Shown in pieces: positions 41,735 to 53,936 of a DNA stretch of 64,000 nucleotides. The notes under the pieces were generated by a model. It had not been told where the DNA came from. It worked only from the letters and a program-made list of their open reading frames with translations, and did not search any database. Source of the stretch: an uncultured Bacteroidota bacterium. GTDB taxonomy: Bacteria > Bacteroidota > Bacteroidia > Bacteroidales > CG2-30-32-10. Every line of letters starts with the position of its first letter. Position 1 is the stretch's first letter. The translations under genes and the position numbers were made by a program. The stretch covers positions 71,934 through 135,933 of the forward strand of contig CAWHOW010000016.1 in the NCBI GenBank assembly GCA_963831005.1, written 5' to 3'.

Positions 41735-43435
41735 TTACAAAGGAATATTCCCATGCTTTTTCGGAGGATTAGATTGCGTTTTATTTTGTGTCATTTCAAG
41801 CGCCTGTATTAGTTTAAAGCGTGTCTGCCTTGGCATGATGATCTCGTCAATATAACCCAATGCTGCTGCCTGGTAAGGATTGGCAAACTGTTGTTTATAA
41901 TCGTCAAGCGCTTTTGCTTTTGTCTTGGCATCAACACCACGGTAAAGTATATTCACTGCACCTTCGGAACCCATTACCGCTATCTCTGCAGCAGGATACG
42001 CAAGGTTAATATCGCTGCCAATATGTTTACTTGACATCACGCAGTAAGCGCCACCATAAGCTTTGCGTGTGATGAGGGTTATCTTGGGAACAGTTGCTTC
42101 TGAGAAGGCATACAGCAGTTTAGCACCATGTTTAATGATGCCGTCATGTTCCTGTATAGTGCCGGGAAGAAAGCCTGGAACATCTTCAAAAGTGATTATC
42201 GGAATATTGAAGCAATCACAAAACCTCACGAAGCGTGCTGCTTTAAGTGAAGCATCCACATCAAGCACGCCGGCAAGCATGGCAGGCTGATTGGCTACTA
42301 TACCAATGGATTTTCCGCCGAGGAAAGCGAAACCGATAACGATGTTCTGTGCATAATAAGGCATCACTTCATAAAAATAACCATTGTCAACCACTGAATT
42401 TATCAACAGCTTCATGTCATAAGGTTTGTTGGGATCATCAGGAATGAGTGACTGCAGTTTCTCATCTTCTCTGCGAACATCATCGTTGGTGGGCTTAAAA
42501 GGAGAATCTTCCATATTGTTTGATGGAAGGAACTGAAACAACTCGCGTATCATCATCAATGTCGATTCTTCGTTTTCTCCCATGAAATGCGCCACACCGC
42601 TCTTTGAATTATGTGTGAAAGCCCCGCCAAGTTCTTCTTTGGTAACTTCTTCATGTGTTACAGCTTTTATAACATCAGGACCAGTAACGAACATATGACT
42701 TTTTTCTTTCACCATAAAAATGAAATCGGTGAGGGCAGGGGAGTACACAGCTCCTCCTGCGCAGGGTCCCATGATAACTGAGATTTGCGGAACAACTCCT
42801 GACGACATTACATTCAGGTAAAAAATATCGGCATAACCACCAAGACTTGCAACACCTTCCTGTATTCTGGCTCCACCTGAATCATTGATGGCAATAATAG
42901 GAGCGCCATTCTTCACAGCAAGACGCTGAAGCTTTATTATTTTATCAGCATTAGTGCGGCTTAACGATCCGCCAAACACGGTGAAATCGAAACCGAACAC
43001 ATACACCATTTTGCCATCTATCTTCCCGTATCCTGAAACAACACCATCACCGGGAATCTTGGTTTTATCCATCTCGAAATCCGTGCAGTTGTGTACTACA
43101 AGTTTGTCGAGTTCAACAAAAGAACCTGCATCGAGCAGGATGTTTATTCTTTCCCTTGCAGTTAGTTTTCCGCTTTCATGCTGCTTTTCAATCCTATCCT
43201 GGCCTCCTCCTAATTCCGCTTCTCTTGAACGTTTTTCATATTCGAGAATTTTAGCTTCTGTAGTTGCAACAACAAAAGGAGTTTTTATTTCAGATGGAGT
43301 TTCGGCAACTTCCTTTTTCTCCGTCTTTGTTACTTTTTCCTCAGTTGATATTTTGGCCTTTTTAGTTTCCTTTTTTTTGTCAGTAATATCTTTGGTTTTC
43401 TTACTGAACTTGAAAATTTTTCGCATTGCTGCCAT
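41735..43435 (-). CDS. pccB: Acyl-CoA (propionyl/methylmalonyl-CoA) carboxyltransferase beta subunit
   Basis: GKLTARERI, DSGGARIQEG, GPCAGGAVYSPALTD, RKAYGGAY, PPKKHGNIPL. Confidence 0.93.
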   Translation of the reverse strand: MAAMRKIFKFSKKTKDITDKKKETKKAKISTEEKVTKTEKKEVAETPSEIKTPFVVATTEAKILEYEKRSREAELGGGQDRIEKQHESGKLTARERINILLDAGSFVELDKLVVHNCTDFEMDKTKIPGDGVVSGYGKIDGKMVYVFGFDFTVFGGSLSRTNADKIIKLQRLAVKNGAPIIAINDSGGARIQEGVASLGGYADIFYLNVMSSGVVPQISVIMGPCAGGAVYSPALTDFIFMVKEKSHMFVTGPDVIKAVTHEEVTKEELGGAFTHNSKSGVAHFMGENEESTLMMIRELFQFLPSNNMEDSPFKPTNDDVRREDEKLQSLIPDDPNKPYDMKLLINSVVDNGYFYEVMPYYAQNIVIGFAFLGGKSIGIVANQPAMLAGVLDVDASLKAARFVRFCDCFNIPIITFEDVPGFLPGTIQEHDGIIKHGAKLLYAFSEATVPKITLITRKAYGGAYCVMSSKHIGSDINLAYPAAEIAVMGSEGAVNILYRGVDAKTKAKALDDYKQQFANPYQAAALGYIDEIIMPRQTRFKLIQALEMTQNKTQSNPPKKHGNIPL

Positions 43436-43456
43436 ATTACAAGTATAAAATTTTAA

Positions 43457-43966
43457 TTATTCAAGAACTATCAATGTCTGGTTTCCTTCCACGGTGTCAC
43501 CTTCCTTAACCAGTATATCTTTTATCTTGCTATCACGTTTCACTTTATATTCACTTTGCATTTTCATAGCTTCAACTATGATCACGGTTTGACCGGCAGT
43601 TACTTCTTCGCCTTTCTTCACCGGTATTTTGATGATCTTGCCCGGCATGGGAGAGAATATTCTTTCCTGTGTGGAGTCGATATCATCTTTCATGCGGTTC
43701 TTCATATACTTTGCCTGCATGTCGATGATCTCCAAAGGAAAATAGTTATATGGCGTATTGACCATATATTTTTTCCCGCTTTCATCACGGACCAGTTCTA
43801 TATTATATGATTTGTTTTCAAGAATGATGGAATACACGCCGTTTTCCACCATAACAATATCCACTTCGTAAAGTTTGTTATCAATAGACACTTGTACCTT
43901 ATTCCCATCCTTGCTGATGAGTTCAACATTAGCAGTACGATCGCCTAATTTTATTTCAAGGTTCAT
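43457..43966 (-). CDS. Biotin carboxyl carrier protein
   Basis: SPMPGKI, EAMKM biotinylation motif. Confidence 0.93.
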   Translation of the reverse strand: MNLEIKLGDRTANVELISKDGNKVQVSIDNKLYEVDIVMVENGVYSIILENKSYNIELVRDESGKKYMVNTPYNYFPLEIIDMQAKYMKNRMKDDIDSTQERIFSPMPGKIIKIPVKKGEEVTAGQTVIIVEAMKMQSEYKVKRDSKIKDILVKEGDTVEGNQTLIVLE

Positions 43967-43984
43967 GTTTGTTAAAAGTTTAGA

Positions 43985-45499
43985 TCAGATACGTAATAAG
44001 CCTTTTTGTTTTCCGAAATCCTTCCATTTGCTGAGAGCCCTTTTTTCACCAATAGCCAGTGACTGGTTGTCTTCAAGATTTATTACATAATCAATATAAG
44101 CAGCAATAATAGCAACATCTTCAGTCATTACTTTGCTGACTTTATGAGGTCTCATCATATTCTCATAGTTCTTCTCTATGAAATGAGTATTGTATTTACC
44201 ATTTACGAAATCTTCAGTATCACATACCCTGCGTAAAAAATTTATATTGTTCTTTATCCCTATTATTTTGTATTCGTAAAGTGCACGTTTCATCCTTTTG
44301 ATAGCATAGCTTCTGCTATCGGACCAAACAATAAGTTTTGAGATCATCGGATCATAATAGATGGGTATTTCGTAACCATCATAAACATAGCTGTCAACAC
44401 GTACACCAAGTCCTAATGGCTCTGTAATGTGCTTGATAATGCCCGGGCTGGGAGAGAAGTTGTTTTCAGCATCTTCAGCACAGATACGGCATTCTATAGC
44501 ATGACCGCGTTGAACGATATCAGATTGTTTAAATGATAGTTTATTTCCATCAGCAATTTTAATTTGTTCTTTGACAAGATCAATTCGGAGAACTTGTTCT
44601 GTTATCGGATGCTCAACCTGTAAACGGGTGTTCATTTCAAGAAAATAAAAATGAAGATCATCATCTACAAGAAATTCAATAGTGCCTGCCCCTACATATT
44701 TCACCGATTTTGCAGCTTTCACAGCCACTCTTCCCATTTCTTTTCGCAACTTCTCTGTCATAAGAGGTGAAGGAGATTCCTCTACAAGCTTCTGGTGACG
44801 TCTTTGAATGGAGCATTCGCGTTCGCATAAATGTATCACATTGCCAAACTTATCGCCCAGTATCTGTATCTCTATATGATGAGGTGATTCAATATATTTC
44901 TCCATATAAACCGAATCATCTCCAAAAGAAGATAATGCTTCGGAACGTGCAGTAGTAACAGCTTCCCATAATTCCGCTTTCTTTTTTACTAGTCGCATAC
45001 CTTTACCGCCGCCACCTGCAGAAGCTTTCACCATAATAGGGTAACCTATCTTGTCGGCAACTTCAAGCGCCTTCTTTTCGTTGGTAAGTTTTTCTTTGGT
45101 TCCCGGAACGACAGGTACACCTGCCTTTATCATTCGTTGCCTTGCAGTGATCTTATCACCCATTGACCTTATAGATTCAGCAGTAGGTCCTATAAAAACA
45201 AGGCCCTCTTTAACACAACGCTCGGCGAATTCTTCATTTTCTGAAAGGAATCCATAACCGGGATGAATAGCATCAGCACCAGATTTTTTAGCCGCACCAA
45301 TAATGTTGTCAATTACAAGATAACTTTCATTGGATGGGGCAGGGCCAATAAGAAAAGCTTCATCAGCATAGCTAACATGCCTTGAAGTTCGATCGACTTC
45401 AGAGTAAACGGCAACAGTTTTAATGCCCATTTCTCTACTAGATCTCATCACTCTAACAGCAATTTCGCCCCTGTTTGCAACTAATATTTTTTTAATCAT
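43985..45499 (-). CDS. accC: Biotin carboxylase subunit
   Basis: ILVANRGEIAVR, HPGYGFLSEN, GGGGKGM, EMNTRLQVEHP, YYDPMISK. Confidence 0.95.
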   Translation of the reverse strand: MIKKILVANRGEIAVRVMRSSREMGIKTVAVYSEVDRTSRHVSYADEAFLIGPAPSNESYLVIDNIIGAAKKSGADAIHPGYGFLSENEEFAERCVKEGLVFIGPTAESIRSMGDKITARQRMIKAGVPVVPGTKEKLTNEKKALEVADKIGYPIMVKASAGGGGKGMRLVKKKAELWEAVTTARSEALSSFGDDSVYMEKYIESPHHIEIQILGDKFGNVIHLCERECSIQRRHQKLVEESPSPLMTEKLRKEMGRVAVKAAKSVKYVGAGTIEFLVDDDLHFYFLEMNTRLQVEHPITEQVLRIDLVKEQIKIADGNKLSFKQSDIVQRGHAIECRICAEDAENNFSPSPGIIKHITEPLGLGVRVDSYVYDGYEIPIYYDPMISKLIVWSDSRSYAIKRMKRALYEYKIIGIKNNINFLRRVCDTEDFVNGKYNTHFIEKNYENMMRPHKVSKVMTEDVAIIAAYIDYVINLEDNQSLAIGEKRALSKWKDFGKQKGLLRI

Positions 45500-45708
45500 A
45501 ATACTCCTGTAAAATATACTTAAAAAAAGAAAAAGTCTGAAAGCAGATTATATTAAAAAAGAATGAAATGTTTTTTTGGTGTATTCATTCCGGAGATTCA
45601 AATTGAAATGCAAATATATGATAAAAAATAAATTGAATACATTCACTATCATTATTTATGGAATTTGAAGTTTTAATATTATTATTTCAGACTTGGTATT
45701 TATGATAA

Positions 45709-46911
45709 TTATCCGCTAATTTTATTTTCTATTAAATATTTCGCCATAGATAGACTGCATGTAAAAGCCGGCGAAACAGCATTAACAAGATGCAGTGATT
45801 TATCATCACCCTCGACTATAAAATCCATTTCCAATTCCAGCGTTTTTTTATTCAAAATCTGTGCCCTTATACCTGGTTCAAGCCATTGGTTAAATAATTT
45901 TTCATCTCCTTTGTCAGACAGTTTCTGAGCTAGGCTAACAAAATGTTTTCTGTTATATTTTTTTACTTCACTGATAGCCAGTTTCCGAAAATTAAATGAA
46001 TTGGTAACAAATAACAGAATTTCATAATAAAATATCTGCAGGAATTCTTTTAGTTTAAAATTTTTAAACCCTTTGTAATTTTCTCTCCAAAAAGCAGGAA
46101 TAGACGTTGGTCCTATTTTAATATGGTTGTGCGAAGTAATTGTATAGTGAACCCCAAGGAAAGGGTTTAATAAATTTGGAACAGGATAAATATTGGTTTT
46201 AATGAACATGTCCTTACCGCTATATTTCAAGTAAATTCCTTTAAATGGAATGATAATTCGTTCCTTTGAAAACCCATAATCACGGGCAATAATATCTGCA
46301 TAAAGACCGGCTGCATTGATCAGGAAACCTGCTTTAAACTTATTATTGTTTGTAATAATATAGCCATCTTTTGTTTTTACATATTTTGAATTAAAATAAA
46401 TGTCAACATTCTTAGAAAGTAAAATTTCTTTAAACTTCTGGCATACTTCGTTAGGATCAACACTTGCTGTAGTGGGTGAATAAAGAGCTTTTTTATGTGT
46501 CTTGGCATTTGGCTCAATTTTATGAAGCTCATCTTCATCAATAATTCTCACATCTACTCCATTTTGTTTTCCTCTACGTTCAAGTTCATACAGACTTCCC
46601 AATTCACTTTCATCTGTAGCCACAACCACCTTTTTACACTCGTTGATGAAGATCCCGTTCTCCCGGCAGAATTCTTTCATAAGCCGGTTACCTTCTACTG
46701 TGAACTTTGCTTTCAAAGAACTGGAAGTATAATAGAATCCTGCATGTAAAACACCGCTATTCCTACCACTTGCATGTTTGGCAACATCATTTTCCTTCTC
46801 TATTATTGCAATAGTTTTCTCCGGGTATTTTTTTCGGAGTTCATAGGCGATAGTCAATCCCATTATTCCACCGCCGATAATCAAATAATCATAATTTATA
46901 GAACTTTCCAT
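45709..46911 (-). CDS. lhgO: L-2-hydroxyglutarate oxidase/dehydrogenase
   Basis: IIGGGIMG, HASGRNSGVLHAGFYY, INAAGLYAD, PFLGVH, GIRAQ, NAVSPAFT. Confidence 0.9.
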   Translation of the reverse strand: MESSINYDYLIIGGGIMGLTIAYELRKKYPEKTIAIIEKENDVAKHASGRNSGVLHAGFYYTSSSLKAKFTVEGNRLMKEFCRENGIFINECKKVVVATDESELGSLYELERRGKQNGVDVRIIDEDELHKIEPNAKTHKKALYSPTTASVDPNEVCQKFKEILLSKNVDIYFNSKYVKTKDGYIITNNNKFKAGFLINAAGLYADIIARDYGFSKERIIIPFKGIYLKYSGKDMFIKTNIYPVPNLLNPFLGVHYTITSHNHIKIGPTSIPAFWRENYKGFKNFKLKEFLQIFYYEILLFVTNSFNFRKLAISEVKKYNRKHFVSLAQKLSDKGDEKLFNQWLEPGIRAQILNKKTLELEMDFIVEGDDKSLHLVNAVSPAFTCSLSMAKYLIENKISG

Positions 46912-47040
46912 TTTCCATTATTTAAATTAAGAAAAGAAGAATCATCATAATTCCATTCAAACATGGTTGGAAAGGTCTTTTATAATAATTCAATATTGAA
47001 TATTTCGAAAATATTTTTAACATATACTCAATTTATTAAT

Positions 47041-47078
47041 AAGAAAAGATTGACTCTTATTAGAGTCAATCTTTTCTT
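47041..47078. terminator. Long hairpin/terminator ending the TCA operon
   Basis: AAGAAAAGATTGACTCT-tatt-AGAGTCAATCTTTTCTT. Confidence 0.8.
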
Positions 47079-47187
47079 ATTAACTAAAACTTCTCAAGTG
47101 CCCTCTTTCCTATTACTACTAATTATAATCTTAACGTTTTATAGATTTCAAATAAATTTCTAAATCTATAATTTTAAAAACATTTTT

Positions 47188-47862
47188 TTAAAATTTATGA
47201 TCATCAAAAATGTAATCAAGCATTTCAGAAGCATTCTTATTTTGCGGATCGAACTTAAGTACTTCTTTCAGTTGTTCTTTAGCAGCATCAAACTTGTTAG
47301 TGTTCATGTAAAGCCTGCCTAAATGATAACGTGCCGAAATATGATTTTCATTCTCAGCAATAAGTTTTTTGAAATAAGGAGCAGCTTCATCATACATACC
47401 TGAAGCTTTCAGTGCTATGCCCAGATAATAATTTGCCATGGTAGTTTCAGGGCTTAATTCAAGAAGTTTCTTATAGCATTCAATGCTCAGGTCTTCTCTT
47501 CCAAGGTGATAATATGATAATCCAAGCCAAATATAGGTCATTGGAAGGTGTTTACCAGAAGCAATTATCTTATTAAATACTTCAGTGGCTGCTGTAAAAT
47601 TCGTTGACCTGTAATAGGTAACACCCATCCTGTAGAGTGCAAAGATGTTATCTGGCTTTATTTCCATCACTTTCTTATAAGTGGCGATACATTTGGTCAT
47701 TTCGCCAAGAATATAATAAAGGTTCGCCTCTTCCATCATTAATACAATGTTGTTTGGATGCCTTTCAAGATATTCTTCAAACAGTTCTATAGCTTTATAC
47801 AAGTCTCCCGACATTATATAGTCGTAAGCTTTTACCAATCTTTTGTCATTATAGGTTTCCAT
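47188..47862 (-). CDS. Tetratricopeptide repeat protein
   Basis: About six TPR units (ALYRMGVTY, YIWLGLSY, ANYYLGIAL, ARYHLGRLY). Confidence 0.9.
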   Translation of the reverse strand: METYNDKRLVKAYDYIMSGDLYKAIELFEEYLERHPNNIVLMMEEANLYYILGEMTKCIATYKKVMEIKPDNIFALYRMGVTYYRSTNFTAATEVFNKIIASGKHLPMTYIWLGLSYYHLGREDLSIECYKKLLELSPETTMANYYLGIALKASGMYDEAAPYFKKLIAENENHISARYHLGRLYMNTNKFDAAKEQLKEVLKFDPQNKNASEMLDYIFDDHKF

Positions 47863-47891
47863 AATATATAGTTTTAGTGTTTTACATTTAT

Positions 47892-49250
47892 TTATTTACG
47901 TTCATTCATTGGGATATATTGCTGCTTCCCGTAAACGCTCTTAAATCCCGGGCGTATCAGCCGTTTGGCAGTAAAGGTAAGTTCTTCTATCCTGTGTGTG
48001 CACCATCCGGCAACCCTTGCCATAGCAAACAGAGGAGTATATAATTCTTCCGGCATACCAATACAGGAATAAACAAAACCGGAATAAAAATCAACATTGA
48101 TACAATTTCGTTTCTCTTCAGAGAATCCTTTGAAGTTTGAAAATAGATCAGGAGCAATTTTTTCAACAAGCTGATAGAGATCGAATTCATCAACCTTCCC
48201 TTTTTCAATTGCCAGAGCTCTTGCTTTTTCGCGCAAAAGAATTGCCCTCGGATCGGAAACAGTGTAAACGGCATGTCCTATTCCATATATCTTTCCTGAA
48301 TCACCGTTTTCTTTCTTTTCAAGAACCCTCGTTAAGTAATCTGTAACTTGTTTCTCATCTTTCCAGTCCGAAATTTTGGCTTTCATATTCGTCATCATTT
48401 CAAGGACCTTCAGATTAGCACCGCCATGTAATGGTCCCTTTAATGAACCAATAGCTGAAGTAACAGAAGAATAAATATCTGTTTCGGTAGAACTGGTAAC
48501 TCTCATTGTAAACGTTGAGTTGTTACCTCCGCCGTGTTCAGCATGTAATACAAGCGCAAGGTCGAGAAGGTCGGCATCCAGTTTAGTATAACGATTGCTT
48601 CCTTTTATCATGTAAAGGAAATTTTCAGCTGTGCTCAAGTTCTTCTGAGGATAGCGAATTGAAAGCGTTTTCCCTTTATATGCATGACTTAATGCCTGGT
48701 ATGAATAAGCAATAATAGATGGAAATTTCGAAATAATATTTACCGTCTGATTCAACATATTACGCATTGAGATGTCGTCAGCTTTTTCATCAAGTGTGTA
48801 TAAAGCTAGTATCGACCGTGCAAGCATATTTAATACATCTTTTCCTTTAAGGGTAAGTATCATATCCTTGATAAAGCTATCGGGTAATTCACGCAAAGAA
48901 GCCATTCGGTCAGAGAAAGTTTTAAGCTCATCTTTCGTGGGCAATTTACCTGTCAATAAAAGAAATACTGTTTCATCAAAACCATGACGGTCGTCTTTCT
49001 GGTATCCGGCTACCAGATCTTCAATATCAATTCCTCTGTATATTAGCCTGCCCGGTATCGCCACGACTTTATCACCAACCTTTTCATATCCGATAACATC
49101 ACCAATATTTGTTAATCCAACCAGTACGCCGGTTTTATCTTTATTTCTAAGTCCGCGTTTTACATCAAACTTATCGAAAAGTCCGATATCAATCTGACTG
49201 GCCTGCCAAACAGATTGTTCAAATTTTGAGAAGAATTCATTTTCAAACAT
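47892..49250 (-). CDS. gltA: Citrate synthase
   Basis: LHAEHGGGNNST, GPLHGGAN, GIGHAVY, NVDFYSG. Confidence 0.95.
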   Translation of the reverse strand: MFENEFFSKFEQSVWQASQIDIGLFDKFDVKRGLRNKDKTGVLVGLTNIGDVIGYEKVGDKVVAIPGRLIYRGIDIEDLVAGYQKDDRHGFDETVFLLLTGKLPTKDELKTFSDRMASLRELPDSFIKDMILTLKGKDVLNMLARSILALYTLDEKADDISMRNMLNQTVNIISKFPSIIAYSYQALSHAYKGKTLSIRYPQKNLSTAENFLYMIKGSNRYTKLDADLLDLALVLHAEHGGGNNSTFTMRVTSSTETDIYSSVTSAIGSLKGPLHGGANLKVLEMMTNMKAKISDWKDEKQVTDYLTRVLEKKENGDSGKIYGIGHAVYTVSDPRAILLREKARALAIEKGKVDEFDLYQLVEKIAPDLFSNFKGFSEEKRNCINVDFYSGFVYSCIGMPEELYTPLFAMARVAGWCTHRIEELTFTAKRLIRPGFKSVYGKQQYIPMNERK

Positions 49251-49287
49251 GGTTCATTTTTTTTTAATGTTTATAATATAGTTGGAT

Positions 49288-50550
49288 TTACATATTGTTA
49301 ATTATTTCATTGGCAAATTCAGATGTCTTAAGCAAAGTCGCACCCTCCATCAACCGCTGAAAATCATAGGTCACTTTTTTATTCTGAATAGATTTTTCAA
49401 GACCATTGTAAATAGAATCTGCAACACCATTCCATCCCATGTACTCAAACATCAGCGCACCTGAAAGTATTACCGAACCGGGGTTTACTTTATCCTGTCC
49501 TGCATACTTAGGCGCTGTGCCATGTGTAGCTTCAAAAATTGCATGACCGCTTTCATAATTGATATTTGCCCCGGGAGCAATTCCAATGCCTCCAACTATT
49601 GCAGCCAGCGCATCGGATATATAATCACCATTAAGGTTCAGAGTGGCGATTACGGAATATTCAGCAGGTCTTGTCAGTATCTGTTGCAGAAATGCATCAG
49701 CTATCACATCTTTGATAATTACTTTTCCTGATTTTTCGGCTGTGGTCATTGCTTCAACTGCAGCTTTATCACCTGATTCTGCTGCAATCTTATTGTATTG
49801 CATCCAGGTGAAAACATTTTTACCGAATTCTCTTTCTGCGAGAGCGTATCCCCATTTCATAAAGGAACCTTCAGTAAATTTCATAATGTTACCTTTGTGT
49901 ACTATGGTCACAGATGGGAGTTTTCTCTCAATGGCCATCTTGATAGCCTGTCTTACAAGTCTCTCTGTTCCTTCAACAGAAACAGGCTTTATTCCAAGAG
50001 AAACAGTATTTGGAAAGCGTATGGATTTAACACCCATTTCATCAATTAAAAACCTTTTAAGTTTTTCTGTTTCAGGTTTACCATTCATAAATTCAATACC
50101 TGCATAAATATCTTCAGTGTTCTCCCTGAAAATATGCATGTTTACATTTTCCGGATGTTTAACAGGGCTTGGAACCCCACTGAAGTAACGCACAGGACGA
50201 TAACAAGTATATAAATCGAGTTCCTGTCTTAGCGCAACATTCAGCGAACGCATGCCGCCGCCAACAGGAGTTGTCAAAGGACCTTTTATTCCAACTAAAT
50301 ATTCTCTGAAATCATTAAGCGTTTCTTCGGGAAGCCATGAACCGGTTTTATTAAATGCTTTTTCACCGGCAAAGACTTCTTTCCAAATAATCTTTTTTGA
50401 ACTGCCATGAACTTTTTTTACAGCAGCATCAAATACGCGAACAGATGCATTCCAAATATCCGTGCCCGTGCCATCACCTTCAATAAAAGGAATGACTGGA
50501 TAGTCAGGAACTATAAGTTTACCATTTTCTATTGTAATTTTATCTGGCAT
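49288..50550 (-). CDS. icd: Isocitrate dehydrogenase (NADP, dimeric E. coli type)
   Basis: [50 protein letters not shown]. Confidence 0.96.
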   Translation of the reverse strand: MPDKITIENGKLIVPDYPVIPFIEGDGTGTDIWNASVRVFDAAVKKVHGSSKKIIWKEVFAGEKAFNKTGSWLPEETLNDFREYLVGIKGPLTTPVGGGMRSLNVALRQELDLYTCYRPVRYFSGVPSPVKHPENVNMHIFRENTEDIYAGIEFMNGKPETEKLKRFLIDEMGVKSIRFPNTVSLGIKPVSVEGTERLVRQAIKMAIERKLPSVTIVHKGNIMKFTEGSFMKWGYALAEREFGKNVFTWMQYNKIAAESGDKAAVEAMTTAEKSGKVIIKDVIADAFLQQILTRPAEYSVIATLNLNGDYISDALAAIVGGIGIAPGANINYESGHAIFEATHGTAPKYAGQDKVNPGSVILSGALMFEYMGWNGVADSIYNGLEKSIQNKKVTYDFQRLMEGATLLKTSEFANEIINNM

Positions 50551-50568
50551 AATTTTTAATTTTACGTA

Positions 50569-51657
50569 TTAAGCATGAGCCATTACCGGAAAAGCTACTC
50601 CAATTTTTTCTCCCTCTTTTACCAGATCATCAATGATAGGTTGGATCAAAGGAACACCATGCTCGCGATTGTAAATTTCGTATTCAAATTCTTTTTCTCC
50701 TGCAATATGAATTTCATCCCTGCCTTCAGCAAGAGGTGAATTCTTCAGCAAATGAATCATGTCATCCATCTGATTCTTAAAATCGGTTACTGATCTGAAT
50801 GCTGCTACATCCATTGCCATGAAAAAATGTGATACCCCCGTAGGATCCGGACTTGAAGGGGACCCTACTTTTGTCAGGTAATTTCCACCCGATAGAGTAG
50901 AGCAGAGAATTTCGACCACTAATGCCAAACCATATCCTTTGTAACCTGCAGTAATATCCATGCCACCCAGCGGAAGCAATGCTCCATGTCCGCCCGGTTT
51001 TATTTTAGAAGGGTCTGTTGTTACACGTCCTTCTTCATCTATTCCCCAACCAATTGGAATTTCTTCCTTCTTCTTTTCATATAGCTGAATTTTTCCGTAT
51101 GCAACAGCACTTGTAGCCATGTCGAGAACATAAGGAAACTCTTTTCCTGACGGAACAGCAACACTTATCGGATTTGTTCCGAGCACTGCAGTCTTGCCAT
51201 AAGTAGGAGATACCAAGGGTTGCGAATTTGTCATGCAAATTCCTATCATATCATGTTCAAGCGCCATCATTGAATAATATCCTGCTATACCGAAATGGTT
51301 ACTGTTATTTATTGTGATAGCTGCAATGCCTGATTGCTTTGCTTTTGCAATACACATATTCATTGCATGGTAAGAAACAACCTGTCCGCAACCATTGCCA
51401 CCATCTATGAGTAAAGTTGTAGGTGTTTCTTTTATAATTTTATAAGGTGTCTTTGGGTTGATGAATTTCTTCTGTATCCTGTTTCCATAATAGGAACCCA
51501 GCCTATGTAGTCCGTGGGAATCAACGCCTCTCAAATCGGCAGAAATGAGTACTTCTCCAACTATGCGTGCATCCTTTTCAGGAACACCTAGAGTGGTCAT
51601 ATAACGTACCACAAAATCCATGAGGTCTTCTTTTTTAAATCTTGTTACAGTTTCCAT
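50569..51657 (-). CDS. Ldh_2-family (malate/L-lactate/ureidoglycolate-type) oxidoreductase
   Basis: [45 protein letters not shown]. Confidence 0.92.
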   Translation of the reverse strand: METVTRFKKEDLMDFVVRYMTTLGVPEKDARIVGEVLISADLRGVDSHGLHRLGSYYGNRIQKKFINPKTPYKIIKETPTTLLIDGGNGCGQVVSYHAMNMCIAKAKQSGIAAITINNSNHFGIAGYYSMMALEHDMIGICMTNSQPLVSPTYGKTAVLGTNPISVAVPSGKEFPYVLDMATSAVAYGKIQLYEKKKEEIPIGWGIDEEGRVTTDPSKIKPGGHGALLPLGGMDITAGYKGYGLALVVEILCSTLSGGNYLTKVGSPSSPDPTGVSHFFMAMDVAAFRSVTDFKNQMDDMIHLLKNSPLAEGRDEIHIAGEKEFEYEIYNREHGVPLIQPIIDDLVKEGEKIGVAFPVMAHA

Positions 51658-53936
51658 AATACTGTTTTTTTAATTGAGTTATTTATTTTTCTTATTAAAT
51701 TAAGTGCCGATCCGGCTTTGAACCACTCTATCTGAGCGGCATTGTAAGTATGATTTACAAATATTTTTTCAATGGATCCGTCTGTATGTTTCAACACCAC
51801 TGTCAATGGTTTATCCGGTGCGAACTCTTTGAGTCCTGTGATACTAAGTTTATCAGTTTCTTTTATTTTTGAATAATCATCTTTGTTTTGAAATGTTAAG
51901 GCAAGCATTCCTTGTTTCTTCAAGTTGGTTTCATGTATCCTTGCAAACGATTTCACAAGAATGGCTTTCACATTAAGGAATCTTGGTTCCATCGCAGCAT
52001 GTTCGCGTGATGAACCTTCACCATAATTTTCATCTCCAACAACTATAGAGCTTATCCCTGATTGTTTGTATGCCCTTGCTGTATTGGGCACTGTGTCGTA
52101 TTGTCCGGTGATCTGGTTGAGTACAAGGTTTGCTTTATCGTTTGAAAAATTTATTGCACCTATTAATAAATTATTCGAGATATTATCAAGATGACCTCTG
52201 TATTTTAGCCATGTTCCGGCCATTGATATATGGTCGGTAGTGCATTTACCTTTTACTTTAATTAAAACAGGCATATCAACAATATCATTCCCGTCCCATG
52301 CAGCAAATGGTTCAAGAAGCTGCAGCCTGTCGGAATTTTCTTTCACAATAACAGTTGATGAATTTTCTGATGAAGGTTTCTGGTAGCCGCTTTCAATGGT
52401 TCCAAATCCATTTGGTGGCAGATCAAACCCTATAGGAGGATCAAGTTTTACATGTTCCCCGCTTTCATTTAATAAGGTGTCGGTGATAGGGTTGAAAGTA
52501 AGATCACCTGCAAGTGCAATGGCTGCCACTATTTCAGGCGATGCAACAAAGGCATGTGTATTGGGATTCCCGTCATTACGTTTTGAAAAATTTCTGTTGA
52601 ATGAGTGTATTACTGTATTAACGCGTGTCTTATCATTATCTTCACGTTCCCATTGACCTATGCAGGGACCGCAGGCATTGGCGAATATTTTGCCTCCTAT
52701 TTTCCTGAAAGTGTCAAACAATCCGTCCCTTTCAGCAATAGCACGGATCTGCTCAGATCCCGGTGTAATAGTGAAAAGTGATTTTGCTCTTAAATCTTTA
52801 TCTGCAGCATTTTTAATTACTGATGCTGCACGTGATAAGTCTTCATAAGACGAATTGGTGCAAGAACCGATCAGGCCAACTTCAACTTTCAGCGGCCAGC
52901 CGTTTTGAACAGCAACTTCTTTCATTTTGGAAAGTGGTGTTGCCAGATCAGGAGTGAAAGGCCCGTTAATAAATGGTTCTAATTTATCAAGATCGATCTC
53001 AATGAACTGATCAAAATATTTTTCTGGAGAAGAAAGCACTTCTTTGTCAGCATTCAAATATTCATGAATATTTTCTGCCAGCATGGCCACTTCTTCTCTG
53101 CCTGTAGCTTTGAGGAATTTGCTCATGGCATGATCATATCCAAATACAGAGCAGGTGGCGCCCAGTTCTGCTCCCATATTACAGATGGTAGCTTTTCCAG
53201 TGGCGGAAAGTGATATAGCGCCTTCACCGAAATATTCAATGATGCAGTCCGTACCACCTTTAACAGTGAGCATACCCGCAATCTTTAAAATAATATCTTT
53301 GGCCGATACCCAGCCGTTAAGCTTTCCGGTTAGCTTTATTCCAATGATCTTTGGAAATTTAAGTTCCCATTCCATACCTGCCATCACATCAACTGCATCA
53401 GCGCCTCCGACACCAATTGCTATCATACCAAGCCCTCCGGCATTCGGTGTATGCGAATCAGTGCCAATTATCATACCACCGGGGAATGCATAATTTTCAA
53501 GCACTATCTGGTGTATGATACCTGCACCGGGCTTCCAGAAACCGATACCATATTTATTACTAACTGAACTTAGAAATTCATAAACTTCTTTATTTGTATA
53601 ATCTGAAGTTTTAAGATCTTCTTTCGCTCCCAGCTTAGCCATTATCAGGTGATCGCAATGAACAGAAGTTGGAACAGCGGTTTTGTTTTTTCCTGCCATC
53701 ATAAATTGAAGCAGCGCCATCTGGGCTGTGGCGTCCTGCATGGCTACCCTGTCGGGCAAGAAATTCACATAATCCGATCCTCTTTTATAAGATCTCGCAT
53801 TATTAATTTCAAAAAGATGACTGTAAAGAATTTTCTCACTTAATGTAAGCGGATGGTTGAGTATTTTTTTTGCTTCATTAATTCTGTTCGGAATTTTATT
53901 ATAGACCGATTTGATTATTTCAATATCGAAAAGCAT
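51645..53936 (-). CDS. acnA: Aconitate hydratase (mitochondrial-like AcnA type)
   Basis: [44 protein letters not shown]. Confidence 0.95.
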   Translation of the reverse strand: MLFDIEIIKSVYNKIPNRINEAKKILNHPLTLSEKILYSHLFEINNARSYKRGSDYVNFLPDRVAMQDATAQMALLQFMMAGKNKTAVPTSVHCDHLIMAKLGAKEDLKTSDYTNKEVYEFLSSVSNKYGIGFWKPGAGIIHQIVLENYAFPGGMIIGTDSHTPNAGGLGMIAIGVGGADAVDVMAGMEWELKFPKIIGIKLTGKLNGWVSAKDIILKIAGMLTVKGGTDCIIEYFGEGAISLSATGKATICNMGAELGATCSVFGYDHAMSKFLKATGREEVAMLAENIHEYLNADKEVLSSPEKYFDQFIEIDLDKLEPFINGPFTPDLATPLSKMKEVAVQNGWPLKVEVGLIGSCTNSSYEDLSRAASVIKNAADKDLRAKSLFTITPGSEQIRAIAERDGLFDTFRKIGGKIFANACGPCIGQWEREDNDKTRVNTVIHSFNRNFSKRNDGNPNTHAFVASPEIVAAIALAGDLTFNPITDTLLNESGEHVKLDPPIGFDLPPNGFGTIESGYQKPSSENSSTVIVKENSDRLQLLEPFAAWDGNDIVDMPVLIKVKGKCTTDHISMAGTWLKYRGHLDNISNNLLIGAINFSNDKANLVLNQITGQYDTVPNTARAYKQSGISSIVVGDENYGEGSSREHAAMEPRFLNVKAILVKSFARIHETNLKKQGMLALTFQNKDDYSKIKETDKLSITGLKEFAPDKPLTVVLKHTDGSIEKIFVNHTYNAAQIEWFKAGSALNLIRKINNSIKKTVLWKL

